DNA of 64,000 nucleotides from Octopus sinensis (lineage: Eukaryota): NCBI RefSeq assembly GCF_006345805.1, contig NC_043010.1:7502001-7566000 (forward strand). The letters run 5' to 3'. Below, piece after piece: positions 41,676 through 55,719 of the stretch; position 1 is the first letter of the stretch; every line of letters starts with the position of its first letter. The notes beneath the pieces are model-generated. The model had not been told where the DNA came from. It made no database searches and saw only the letters and a list, made by a program, of their open reading frames with translations. The position numbers and the translations under genes are program-made.

Positions 41676-42222
41676 ATGCCCTGATGCAGTACCAGGGACT
41701 GGCTTTCATGGCTTCTGATCTTAACTGACTGGAAGTGTTATCATGTACATTGTTTTGTCTTGTTATAAAAGATGGACTACAGCAAATATTCTGCTCAATA
41801 TCACAGATTTGATTGTCAGTTGTTTGACCTTAACCAGTTGAGCATGTCCCTTAGTGGCTGACGATATGTGCATCTCTGATCACGAGCAGAAGTAGTGGGG
41901 GAGCATTATAGCCATGTGTTGAGAGGGATTCTTTGGGATTTGTATAATTCGCCTCTGGAAACATGGGTGTTTTGTTCAACATCCTAAAACAACCCTTATT
42001 CAGGGACCTTTTGAACAGGATAGGCTACTCGACTTGAAGAAAATTCTAAGTGGGTCCCACCTGCAAGGTCATGTGCTGTTTATCTTGATATGAGATCACC
42101 ATGTTGTGCACATATGGTTGTGATGCATGTGCCTTATCAGACAGATAGTCATGACGGATATATTGGGCTTCGTATAATTGTACCCCAGTGTCACTTTGAT
42201 GGCATACACTGCTCTCTCACTC
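41676..42222 (+). mobile_element. Family D retroposon embedded in (AAT)n
   Basis: Flanked by AAT arrays on both sides (41590-41672 and 42223-43270); homologous to 31800-32350 and 43590-43840. Confidence 0.85.
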
Positions 42223-43270
<1,048 letters not shown>

Positions 43271-43334
43271 TAATAATAACAACGTTGACGACGGTGACAA
43301 CGATAACGACAACGACGACGATAATGATTTCACA

Positions 43335-43540
43335 TTTTGGCGCAAGACCAGCAAGTTTAGGTGAAGGTGTAAGTTGGTCACATCGAATCCAATAATCAAC
43401 TGGTACTCTTTTCTCTCAATCCTGAAAGGATGAAAGTCATGTTGCCCTCAGCAGAGTTTGAACAAAGAACATGAAGACAGATGAAATGCTGTTAAGCATT
43501 TTGCCCAGCATGCTAACAATTCTGCCAGTTTGCCACCTTA
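43335..43540 (-). mobile_element. SINE family C-related, degenerate
   Basis: tcctgaaaggatgaaag...tttgaacaaagaac...gctaacaattctgccag. Confidence 0.65.
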
Positions 43541-43589
43541 AATAATAATTATAATCCTTTCTGCTGTAGGCTCAAGGACTGAAATTTGG

Positions 43590-43840
43590 GGGAAGGGGCT
43601 ACATCCTTAAACAATCCTTATTCAGGGACCTTTTGAATAAAATGGACTATTTAACCTGAAAAAAATTCTAATTGTGCCCCACCTGCAAAGTCATGTGCTG
43701 TTTATCTTGATATGAGATCACCATGTCGTGCATATATAGATGTGATTCAGGTGCCTAGTGTACCCTTATCAGTCGTGATGGGCATACTGGACTTCATATA
43801 TTTGTACCCAATGTCACTTCAATAGCATGTACAACACTGT
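43590..43840 (+). mobile_element. Family D, 5'-truncated copy
   Basis: Matches the 3' half of 41676-42222; ends cactgtcactg(AAT)n. Confidence 0.8.
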
Positions 43841-43874
43841 CACTGAATAATAATAATTATAATAATAATAATAA

Positions 43875-44012
43875 TTTCAAATTTTTGCCACAATGGCAGC
43901 TTGGGGGACGTGGGGATGAGTCGATTACATTGACCCCAATGTTCAGCTGGTACTTATTTTATCGACCCCGAAAGGATGAAAGGCAAAGTCGAACTCTGCT
44001 GAATTTGAACTC
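43875..44012 (-). mobile_element. SINE family C-related 3' fragment
   Basis: gtcgattacattgacccc...tatcgaccccgaaaggatgaaaggcaaagtcg. Confidence 0.75.
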
Positions 44013-44065
44013 TGAACAATAATAATAATAGTATGTGCTGCACTGTCACTCAATAATAATAATAT

Positions 44066-44113
<48 letters not shown>

Positions 44114-44419
44114 CAGGTAAGTATTAGATAGTTGAAAAAAATGAATACCAAGACTCCAGGAGCTCCAACAAAACCTGTGATAAAGGGAAAATAATGGTTA
44201 TGATGATGATGCTTATGTTGATGGCATCCTTTTGTATCATGTATTCCCTTATACATACCCCTTTACATATTCTTTAGTCACTACCATACTTGATTTAACA
44301 TAAAGGTGAAATAATGACTATTTGGTTAAAGCTTGTTAATTTACATTAGAAGCTTTCTGGTGTGTTTCTGAACACAAAACTCTATTTTATTTTGCCTCTA
44401 TTTACCTAGCTTTTGGGAG

Positions 44420-44618
44420 TAAGAGCCAGATCATCTATTATTCTAGCTTTCTTATGTTCAAACTAGCCAGATACAGCCTCTCACACCTACCTTACAATGT
44501 CATTCAAAAAATATAAATTATCATCGAAACCTCGATGTTATGAGATTTATGCATGATTAATCAAAAACTGTGGAAAAATAAGCATTACATTTGAGAGAGT
44601 AATCTCAATGCTAAATGG
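44420..44618. mobile_element. piggyBac-type MITE, degenerate copy
   Basis: Homologous in reverse orientation to 39889-40109; ends atgctaaatgg|TTAA. Confidence 0.6.
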
Positions 44619-44893
44619 TTAAGGAAATGTTATTCTAAAGAAAGCAATGTCCTCTCTACAAATAGATTCATCTTTTAACCATTTAATGTCATAAAACCAA
44701 TTTTAAGCAGCTGTAGGTATATAGGAAATGGGATAATGAGTAGTAGAGTCAGCTCCAGATGATGCTACTATAGGTATGGCATTTTGGGGTTACCTGTATG
44801 TATGTATGTATGCATTATATGTGTGTGCACATGCATGTGTGTGTCAGTGTGTTTCCTTATATTTTTTGCATTTCTTGGAAAATTGTGAACGAT

Positions 44894-45321
44894 GGGTGCA
44901 GGAGTGGCTGTGTGGTAAGTAGTTTGTTTACCAACCTCATGGTTCCGGGTTCAGTCCCACTGCGTGGCACCTTGGGCAAGTGTCTTCTACTATAGCCTCG
45001 GGCCGACCAAAGCCTTGTGAGTGGATTTGGTAGACGGAATTGAAAGAAGCCTGTCGTATATATGTGTATATGTATATATGCATGTGTGTGTTTGTGTATC
45101 TGTGTTTGTCCTCCTAGCATTGCTTGACAACCGATGCTGGTTTGTTTATGTCTCTGTTACTTAGCGGTTCGGCAAAAGAGACCGATAGAATAAGTACTGG
45201 GCTTACAAAAGAATAAGTCCCGGGGTCGATTTGCTCGACTAAAGGCGGTGCTCCAGCATGGCCGCAGTCAAATGACTGAAACAAGTAAAAGAGTAAAAGA
45301 GAGTAAAAGAGAGTAAAAGAG
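44894..45321 (+). mobile_element. SINE family A, full length
   Basis: Homology to family A. Confidence 0.9.
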
Positions 45322-45577
45322 ATGGGGTTATTTTTGTCATTTTTCTTTGTACTTTTGAACATATACAAAAAATAAGACATCCCTTGTTTGAAAACAGGTA
45401 AGGGTTAATGACATATTGTAAAACGATACCTCAGTAACATATTCATTTAACCCATGCCAGCATGGAAACAGGCAAAAAGAAAGTGAGCAGACTAGCGAAT
45501 ATACACAGACACACACATACACAAGCACATATGAACATACACACATATATACATATATACATACCTACATATATATA

Positions 45578-45725
45578 TCGCCAAGGTTGACTTTGCCTTT
45601 CATCCTTTCTGGGTCGATAAATTGAGTACCAGTTACACACTGGGGTCAATGTAATCGACTTAATCCCTTTGTCTGTCTTTGTTTGTCCCCTCTGTGTTTA
45701 GCCCCTTGTGGGCAATAAAGAAATA
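45578..45725 (+). mobile_element. SINE family C, 5'-truncated
   Basis: Homology to the family C 3' half. Confidence 0.85.
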
Positions 45726-45848
45726 TATATATATATATACATATATATACAAGTGTACATAGATATACATATACAATGACATACTCTCACACACCATATA
45801 TATACACATGTACACATGATTATACATGCACACACGCATGCATGCATG

Positions 45849-45880
<32 letters not shown>

Positions 45881-47040
45881 TAATTATCAGCTCTGTATAT
45901 TTCTTTCTCTTTTATTCAATGTTGGGTGTGGAACAAAGGTATTGACTTCATTTCATAATAGAATGTTGTTTCAATTGTCGAAATGTATAATCTCAGCAAA
46001 CAGTATTACTATTTGTGGACCATGCTGTAGCATTTAGAATTAATAATTAAAACAAAAAGACAATATTTATTGATTACTTGTAGCTTTACATATTGCCAAC
46101 ATGTGTAATTGCGAGGTGAGATTATAGCTGATTAAATCAACCCAATATGTTACTCATGCGTAGTTGAAAGGAGAAAAAAGAGTGGAGACAATGCTTGTAC
46201 ATGTAATTTTTCTGTCACAACCACTGGCTGAAAGGGATGCTGAAGCACTTATTATGGAATGAAAAACTGTTCATTATTTTACTCTGAAAGACTCCACACT
46301 ATTTAAATAGTAGCATTGTTTAGTGAATCCTATAACAAAAATTTGTTACTAGTTCATTGGGTAATAGGAAGGAAAAAAAAATGTATTTTAATAAAGAAAT
46401 TGTTTATGACAAATAAATGCAAATTCTTTTGGTAATGCATCAATATGGTTAACACTTAGAAGGAAAATTTGACTAATAAATTATGACTGGAAGGAAAAGA
46501 GGTTATATCAGGTCCAGTATATTAGTTATAAGACCTGAGGATAAGAAAATAGGTTAAATTCAATTTATAAATGATGTTATATATGTATATGAATGATTAT
46601 CAACTTCATCTTCTCTCTCTCCTTCTCACTCTCTCTCTCTCACACACTTTCTCTCTCTCTTTCTCCATAGCATTCAGTACAGCACACATGCATACACTCA
46701 CAAACAACACACACACACACACACATTATAATCAAATATGCATATATGTGTATATATATATATATATTATATATAATATAAAATTATATTATATATAGTT
46801 CATATATAAGATGTATATATATACATATGTATATATACACACACATACACACACACATACATATAATCAAATATGCATACATGTGTGTGTATATATATAT
46901 ATATATTATATATTATATTATATTATATATTATATTGTATTATAGTTCATATATAAAGATGTATATATATATATACATATATATACATACACATACATAC
47001 ACACATACATTATAATCAAATATGCATACATGTGTGTGTC

Positions 47041-47220
47041 ATCATTATCATCATCATCATCATTTAACGTCCGCCTTCCATGCTAGCATGGGTTGGACGG
47101 TTCAACTGGGGTCTGGGGAGCCCGAAAGCTGCACCAGTCCAGTCAGATCTGGCAGTGTTTCTACAGCTGGATGCCCTTCCTAACGCCAACCACTCCGAGA
47201 GTGTAGTGGGTGATTTTATG
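47041..47220 (-). mobile_element. Family B retroposon 3' fragment
   Basis: Homology to family B. Confidence 0.85.
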
Positions 47221-48879
47221 TAGAAGCGATTCGTATGCGACTACGACTATGTGAACAATGCGGTAGAAGGTAGAAAGTTGGGTAATGAGTGTATATGCAC
47301 ATTTCAAGAGTTATTGCATTTTCATCAGCATCACAGCCAACCCTGTATATATGTGTATATATATATATGTATATATTATATTATATTATATATAGTTCAT
47401 ATATAAAGATGTATATATATACATATACATATACACACACATACAGAAACACATACACACACACACTCACACATACACACACACACACACACGTATACTT
47501 GTCACATGTTACTTTGGTTACGCCTTTTGCTTCGTAATGAGAAATGGAAAATTATTTTGCACGTTGCATACATTTTCTCTGATATAAACACAACAAAGAC
47601 TTTATTGGGAAAGTTAACACTTAAAAGAAAAAGAAAAAGAAAAAAATCCAATAGTTGCCATTCATAATAGATTGATGTAGCCTGAAGATACAACATTGCA
47701 AGGCTGCCTCAAATAACTAACTCCATATATTCCTCTTCACAGAGCAAAATAGAGAATATCACTGCCTTGAAACCAAAAGTGCAAGCTAAAAATCTATGTG
47801 CAACATAGCATAAAAAAAAAAAACCCTGTTACCAGAGTAGACGCCCTTTCTCTTCCTTGCTTGTCTTTTCTATTTAGCCATTCTTTTTCGCTCTCTCTCT
47901 CTCCCCCTCTTTTCCCCTTTCTTTTTATCTCCCTCTCTCTTTCTCTTTCTTTCCCTTATTTCCTAAAGTGAATATTCTTTTGTTTTCATTGTAGTTGTGA
48001 CATCTAAAACAACACAACAGTGTTTCAAAGAATTTAGGTATTTTGAATCAATAAAAATTTAAAAAAAACAAACAAACAAAAATAAAATAATAAATAAAAC
48101 AGTCTGAAATGGTTATATTTTCTCAGATTCATAGTAGTCAGAATATAAAACTTTGGTGTAGAAGCCATTTAGTTTTAATGATGGCAGCTTATTACTTCTG
48201 AAATTGCTAAATTATAACTACTCTTTGTGCTGCATATCTGTAGACTGAACGTATTCTTTGTGTGTGCTTTTTTTTTTCAAGACAAACAAGAAAAAAAGAA
48301 AAAGGACAAAGAGAAAAAAAAGAGGAAAAAGAATGAAAAAAAAGGAAAGAAAAACAAGAAATAAACAAAATGGAAAGAAAATAAAACCATAGTCACAGCT
48401 ATTTCACACGCTTGTCTTTCAAACGGCATGATTGATATGAATTACTTGAGAATGGTCCGGCTTAACTCATTCCGTTCTTAAATTATTTTTGTTTTCTTCT
48501 GCTGTGAAAAACTATTGTGATTAAGATGGTGTTCCACCAAATAGCAGCATTAAAACAAGAAGGGTCATAATTAAAATGTTTCAAGAAGTGCAGTATATTA
48601 ATCAATAAAAGCAAAAAGATTATCTTTATTTTACTAGAGCATGTAGCCATCTCACTGAGCTCTCATTTCGATAATTTCTTGCTTGACAATGAACCTAAAA
48701 ACAGCGAAAAAAAAAAGAAAACTGACCTCCTACTCACTAACTAACTAGAAATACTGACCAATGATGTGCTATTCTTTGCAACAGCAATTTTCTTTTTGCG
48801 TTTGTTTCCTGTTTTTATTTTTACTTTCTTTCTCTAGTTTCTTTTAAAAATAGCTTTCTATTCAGCTGTAGCATGAACG

Positions 48880-49250
48880 AAGAAATTGCGCCCCCCAGCA
48901 GTGCAGTACACCATTACTGTTGCTTGCGGTTTTTCATAACCAGCGATTCGTACATCGTACATCAAAATACTCACGTCAGATCAGCATTTCCCATTTGTAA
49001 AAGTAAATTATGGTTCCCGTTCGAAATCTTAATTAGAAAAAGCTGAAATATTCTGCAACTTTCACTGCATTCTTTGACAACGACAACTTTTCACGGACGA
49101 AAGGTCAGTACAATGAACAAAATGTAAATCACTCGAGAAATATCACAATCCAGCTCAAGGCAAGCTTTAAAACAAGGATAATAATTTTTTTCCTGTTCAC
49201 TGAATTCATGCAGGATGGCTGCCGTTATTTCCCTAGACACTGGTAAGCAG
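48880..49250. promoter_or_regulatory. Candidate CpG-retaining, possibly bidirectional promoter
   Basis: Repeat-free and locally CpG-rich. Minus donor AC|GTGAGT at 48974. Plus-strand ATG49215 (MAAVISLDT) ends at donor G|GTAAGC at 49243. CRE-like TCACGTCA present. Confidence 0.3.
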
Positions 49251-50904
49251 TTATTTTTACAGCCACTTCATAAATTTGGCTCCTGTGTCTTTCATCTTAA
49301 ATATAATGTCTTTGTTGAAAGTTCTGCTGCGGCTTTCCACAAATAGGAACAGCAAAATAACCCTGGTCATACTCTGTTCGTTCTTCTCTCCTACACTGAA
49401 TCTAGATGATACACTAACTCTTGAACCAAAGATTTTGGTGGGTATTTTTTATAATAATTAGTCATTTCTTGTATTTTTAATAATTTCATTTTTTTGCTTT
49501 TTTTTTTACCACCAATCACATCATTGTTGTTGTTGTTGTTATTGTTGATGTCATCTACATCAATATAATTATCATAGTTTATATTTCTCTTTATTCCAAA
49601 ATATGTTTTTTGTATTTGGATTTTACAGAACTGAAGTAGGAAAATGCATAATAATTATCAATCAAATTTTGGAAATCCAGCTTGTTAATCCTATTGATGT
49701 TGCTTTCTTATTCTTTAAAAAAAAATATTAATTTTGATGTGAAATGTTTTTGTGATATTTTCAAAGATTAATTCCTGACAAACTTGATACGAAACATAGT
49801 GACAGAAGCACTTTTTTATCAAATTAACACCAATTTAATGTTTCACAGTTCTCAAATAAAAGTCAGATAGAAATAAGGAAGAATACTTTTTACAGAGTTA
49901 AGCAAGTAGTGGTTTTATCTTGTACTATAATGTATTTATTTCTTTATTTAGTTTAGTTACAATTTCAGCACTAAAGAAAGGTGTTTTTTAAGCAATTTCT
50001 GCTATAATTGGATTTAAATTATGGCATGTAAAAATTTAAAGCTCTGGAGATAAAATTTGGAGAATTGAAACTAGAAATTGTATTGACACATAGTAAAACA
50101 CCACAAGCATATACTGCTCTCCAGAATAGTTTCAACTTGAGATAAAGAATTTATGATGTACACCGCACCTTGAATTGAGCATAACAATTAAGCAATAGAT
50201 AATTAGAAATCGATTACCAATAAGCCTTCAGTCAATTAATCACTGTAAGTTAGAGATAAAATAATACGATTTTATTGACTACTTATGAGAACATAGATCA
50301 ATGGATCTTGTATTAAGGCATCTAAGATGTTTGCTTAATGCTATTGTAAAACTTAAAATAGGATAATGAGAGAAAAAAAGTTGCAGTGGCCTAAAGGGTA
50401 GAGCTATTATGGAGGGAGAGCTATGAACCAATTTTATAGATGAAAGGAAACATTGATTACACCTCTATGTGTCATGAAATTCACTTTTTGTAAGAATAAA
50501 AAGGCCTGAACTAGCAATCAGTTTTGTGTCTGTGCGTGTGTGCGTGTGTGTTAAGGAGCCTTCAATCATTGTTGTTTAATTAAAAATCTGAATATCTGCA
50601 ATGAGTTATTGATAATACAATCATAATTTCTTTGGACTATTAACCTCATCTGCGGAATACAAAAAATGTTTTAAAATTAATCTCTACACTGTGTTTCAAA
50701 CAATTTGCTCCCAGATCGTCCTCAGGTACCTTATTTCTGGTCGTGTATATCTACCCGCATCCGTGGCCAAATGGATAAGAGCATGATGTTTAGTTTAGAA
50801 ATATAGGTTCCAAGTTTGAATACTGTTGTCTGGTACTATGTACAGATATATAAAAATAAGAAACCTGACAATAACCTGAAATAAAAACACACTCGAAACA
50901 TAAT

Positions 50905-51249
50905 CGGGATCAGGACCCCCTTCGGTCACGACACTGACCATGGGATTGCACCTAGAAAGTTACCCTCCTAATCGCAAGTCTGGGCAAAGTGGTTTATGGA
51001 AGACCAGCAGTCACCCATGCATACCGGCCTCCCCTCTCCACGCCACCAGTGTTATCCAAGGGAAAGGCAAAGGGCCGATACAGCTTGGCACCGGTGACGT
51101 CGCAACTCATTTCTACAGCTGAGTGAACTGGAGCAACGTGAAATAAAGTGTCTTGCTCAAGAACACAACACGCAGCCCGGTCCGGGATTCGAACTCACAA
51201 CCTCACGACGTAAGCTCAATGCTCTAACCACTGAGCCATGCGCCTTCAC
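50905..51249 (-). mobile_element. tRNA-derived SINE family F with 15-bp TSD
   Basis: A box TGGCTCAGTGG and B box GAGTTCGAATCCC; TSD CACTCGAAACATAAT at 50890-50904 and 51247-51261. Confidence 0.92.
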
Positions 51250-51834
51250 TCGAAACATAATAGAGATGTAGATATGAAACATTTTCCATTTCTGAAGATA
51301 ATGTTAATAGTCCACAAAATTATAACCATATAGTTTAGTTCGAGATCAGCTCTGATCAAGCAGACCTATGATCAAAGGCGATACAGTTATGAATATACTG
51401 TCCTCTTTGTTTTGTTTTTTGTTGTTTTTTTTTTTTAGTTTTTCAGATGTGTTTTATCTATGACAACATCATACAACGTATTTCTACAATGATAACAGTG
51501 TGTGATATGAGAGTGATTTGGTTATCGTTTTTAAAAATAAGGTGACCACATACAGAATTCCACCTTTGCTCAAATTTCCTATTTGATGATGATTATGATT
51601 ATGATGACACCACTTTAAAATTAAAGAGCTGCTCACTAACCACTAATAATTTTTCACATGTCGCTCTCTCTGTAATTTATAGGTTGAAAATGGAAGTTAG
51701 TATTTATTTACTAAGTATAAGTTTATAAAACATTAGCATTTATTTATCAGTCTGCACTATGCAATTGATTTTCTGATATCAAAAAGATATCAGACACCAA
51801 AAGAACTAGATTATATAATAAAAATGAATATTTA

Positions 51835-52220
51835 TTTACGTGCCACTGGCACGGAAGCCAGTCAAGGTGGCGCTGGCATCGGCCACGAGTCGGATAGTGC
51901 TTTTTACGGACTGGTGGTACGTAAAAAGCACCATCCGACTCGTGGCCGATGCCAGTGCCGCCTCGACCGGCTTCCGTGCCGGTGGCACGTAAAATGCACC
52001 AATCTGACCGTGGCCGTTGCCAGCCTCGCCTGGCACCTGTGCAGGTGGCACGTAAAAAGCACCCACTACACTCACGGAGTGGTTGGCGTTAGGAAGGGCA
52101 TCCAGCTGTAGAGACACTGCCAGATCAGACTGGAGCCTGGTGCAGCCTTCTGGCTTCCCAGATCCCCGGTCGAACCGTCCAACCCATGCTAGCATGGAGA
52201 ACAGACGTTAAACGATGATG
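51835..52220 (+). mobile_element. Family B retroposon with 5' fold-back inverted duplication
   Basis: 51835-51908 is an inverted copy of 51920-51993; (GAT)n tail. Confidence 0.88.
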
Positions 52221-52398
52221 ATGATGATGATGATGATGATTTAAACAAATATTTTAGTTAAAGGCCAAAACTTTCAGAGGAAATGTATAACCTAGTGGTT
52301 AGGCAACTGGGCTCTCAATTATAATGCTGTAGGTTCGATTCTCAGTCTAGAAGACATGTTGTGTGCTTCGGTGAGGCTCTTCTTTATTTCATGTTCCT

Positions 52399-52560
52399 CA
52401 GGAGTGGCTGTGTGGTAAGTAGCTTGCTAACCAACCACATGGTTCCGGGTTCAGTCCCACTGCGTGGCATCTTGGGCAAGTGTCTTCTGCTATAGCCCCG
52501 GGGCCGACCAATGCCTTGTGAGTGGATTAGATAGACGGAAATTGAAAGAAGCCTGTCGTA

Positions 52561-52615
<55 letters not shown>

Positions 52616-52834
52616 TTGTGTGTCTGTGTTTGTCCCCCTAGCATTGCTTGACAACCGATGCTGGTGTGTTTACGTCCCCGTCACTTAGCGGTTCGCCAAA
52701 AGAGACCGATAGAATAAGTACTGGGCTTACAAAGAATAAGTCCCGGAGTCGATTTGCTCGATTAAAGGCGGTGCTCCAGCATGGCCGCAGTCAAAGGACT
52801 GAAACAAGTAAAAGAGTAAAAGAGTAAAAGAGTA
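52399..52834 (+). mobile_element. SINE family A, young
   Basis: Homology to family A. Confidence 0.9.
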
Positions 52835-52998
52835 AGTCAACTTAGCTGGCAAAAATGAGAATTAGAATTGACAGAGCATCTGGTAAGCATTGTACTAGCA
52901 CAATAGTGTTAAGGAGTTTATGAACATCCACAAGCTGGTTCATGAATTATATCTAATCTATTCTTCCTAGTACAGTAACAGTCCTTCCAATGAGTAAT

Positions 52999-53175
52999 GG
53001 GTAACGGGGAATCAGGGTACGATTCCGGAGAGGGAGCATGCGAAACGGCTACCACATCCAAGGAAGGCAGCAGGCATGCAAATTACCCACTCCCGGCACG
53101 GGGAGGTAGTGATGAAAAATGACGACGAGGGACTCTGTCGAGGCCCCGCGATCGGAATGAGTACACTTAAAATCC
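52999..53175 (+). pseudogene. Isolated 18S rRNA gene fragment
   Basis: GGGTAACGGGGAATCAGGGT.CGATTCCGGAGAGGGAGC..GAAACGGCTACCACATCCAAGGAAGGCAGCAGGC..CAAATTACCCACTCCCG...GGAATGAGTACAC matches the conserved eukaryotic SSU 5' domain. No flanking rDNA; CpG-type decay. Confidence 0.92.
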
Positions 53176-53281
53176 GTAGTATCAATCAATCAAATTTTTT
53201 TCTTACACGAGTTTAATAAACCCCAAATCTATGTCCCAAGGATTAACAAACATTTGATCAGATTTGCTTTGCTCATTTTAA

Positions 53282-54120
53282 CACTTTGGCATTCATATTA
53301 CTCTGTTGACTGAAATGTTTATTTATCCACATTGTTTGGAATTAAACATTCATTACCTCATACCTATTTCTTTATTACCCACAAGGGGATAAACATAGAG
53401 GGGACAAACAAGGACAGACATAGGTATTAAGTCGATTACATCGATCCCCCAGTGCGTAACTGGTACTTAATTTATCGACCCCGAAAGGATGAAAGGCAAA
53501 GTTGACCTCGGCGGAATTTGAACTCAGAACGTAATGACAGACGAAATACCTATTTCTTTATTACCCACAAGGGACTAAACATAGAGGGGACAAACAAGGA
53601 CAGACATAGGTATTAAGTCGATTACATCGACCCCCCCAGTGCGTAACTGGTACTTAATTTATCGACCCCGAAAGGATGAAAGGCAAAGTCGACCTCGGCG
53701 GAATTTGAACTCAGAACGTAAAGACAGACGAAATACCTATTTCTTTATTACCCACAAGGGGCTAAACATAGAGGGGACAAACAAGGACAGACATAGGTAT
53801 TAAGTCGATTACATCGACCCTCAGTGCGAAACTGGTACTTAATTTATCGACCCCGAAAGGATGAAAAGCAAAGTCGACCTCGGCGGAATTTGAACTCAGA
53901 ACGTAATGACAGACGAAATACCGCTAAGCATTTTGCACGGTGCGCTAACGTTTCTGCCAGTTCGCTGCCTTATTACCTCATACCTTTGAGATTTCAATAA
54001 TGTGGTTGTTTAGTTTTAGAATGACATTGTAGTGTAGGTAGGAGAGGCTGGATCAGATCAGTTTGGCCACTAAACAGGCAGAATATTTTGGCTGGATATT
54101 GTCAATTTACATTTAAAGGG
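53282..54120. mobile_element. piggyBac-type MITE interrupted by a SINE array
   Basis: TTAA at 53278-53281 and 54121-54124; internal sequence homologous to 39889-40109. Confidence 0.75.
53361..53969 (-). mobile_element. Triple tandem SINE family C array (186, 187 and about 236 bp units)
   Basis: Units start at 53361, 53547 and 53734. One TSD, ATTACCTCATACCT (53352-53365 and 53972-53985), flanks the whole array. Confidence 0.92.
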
Positions 54121-54723
54121 TTAAGGAATGTGACTATAAGCTACTTGTTCTACCTGTGTGTTCAATATTGAAGGATTAGATTCATTTTAGCGTTTGAATA
54201 TTATTTTGGCAACTCTTGTTGGAAATCACCGACCAGATCAACTTAAAAAGCCATTTACAAAAAAATATAACTATTTCTCCGCTAATGCACAGATATGCAC
54301 AAATATACACTGACACTCACACAACATGCTCATACACACACATATACACACACATGCATGCATACACACATGCACACTCACACACAAACACACAAACACA
54401 CATGCACACACACATTGATGTGGATAGCTATCTGCCTATCTATTTCTTTCATTCTGTGTGTGTCTGTGTGTGTGTGTATATACACACACACACATATACA
54501 CACACAAACGCTTACATATAAAACACTCAAATGCACACACACATATATACATATACATGCATTTAAATACAAACACATACACACAAAACCCTAACATACA
54601 CATACACACACTAAATGTTAGTTCCACTCATTCATTGATTCCTTTATATATATATATATATATATAAAGGAAAGGAATACATACATATATATGTGTGTGT
54701 ATTTATATATACATATATATATA

Positions 54724-54761
<38 letters not shown>

Positions 54762-54771
54762 TATATATATG

Positions 54772-54810
<39 letters not shown>

Positions 54811-55394
54811 GTATGTATGTATTTATAATAAGGAAACATTCTAATATATTATAAATGTTTCACTGTTTCATAAATGAACAAAACATAAATATATATATAT
54901 TAAAAAAAACATCAATGCTGAGTAAGAAAGCAACATTGTTCTTTTCCAAGGTGTTTTCTTTCTTTTTAATATATTTCCATAATATTATTTTATCCTAGCA
55001 GGTGTTAGATGTCACTATAAATTTAAATATCTGCATAGGATTTTGAAACTTGAGATTTATAGCAAGGCGATGTTTTCCCTGGCTCACTGTGAAGTAATGG
55101 TAGTGTTGCCTTTGTTCACGAATGATATGTTTTTCTCTGACAATATTCATTTACTGATTTTAGTCATTGGACTGTGGACATGCTGGGGCACCACAGTTAT
55201 AATGACTGAGAAGAACAGAGAACATAATTTAAATGTAAGGTGAGTGAGTTCCTACTTTAGACTTTCATTCTTCCTTTTGTTGCAGTTAATGGACTGTGGT
55301 CAGGCTGCAGCAACGTGGAGTAAAAAAGAGAGTATAATTCTAAACAATGATTAGTAGGTTCCTAATTTAGTCTTATATACTTCTACCTGTTTCT

Positions 55395-55627
55395 TATTTC
55401 TTTATTGCCCACAAGGGGCTAAGCACAGAGGGAACAAACAAGGACAGGCAAAAGGATTAAGTCAATTACATCGACCCCAGTGCGTAACTGGTACTTAATT
55501 TATCGATCCCGAAAGGATGAAAGGCAAAGTCGACCTCGGCGGAATTTGAACCCAGAACGTAGTGGCAGACAAAATACCACTAAGCATTTTGCCCAGTGTG
55601 CTAACGTTTCTGCCAGCTTGCTGCCTT
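55395..55627 (-). mobile_element. SINE family C with imperfect TSD
   Basis: TSD ACTTCTAC(C/T)TGTTTCT on both sides. Confidence 0.9.
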
Positions 55628-55719
55628 AAACTTCTACTTGTTTCTGTCATTGAAATGTGGCCATCAGGGGCACTGTCTTAGAGTTTTAGCTGACTCCTTA
55701 ATAATTATTTCAAGTGTGA

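Noticed and set aside
50755-50790. tRNA-like 5' half gcatccgtggccaaatggataagagc
   Set aside because: No intact cloverleaf or B box; a decayed SINE head rather than a tRNA gene.
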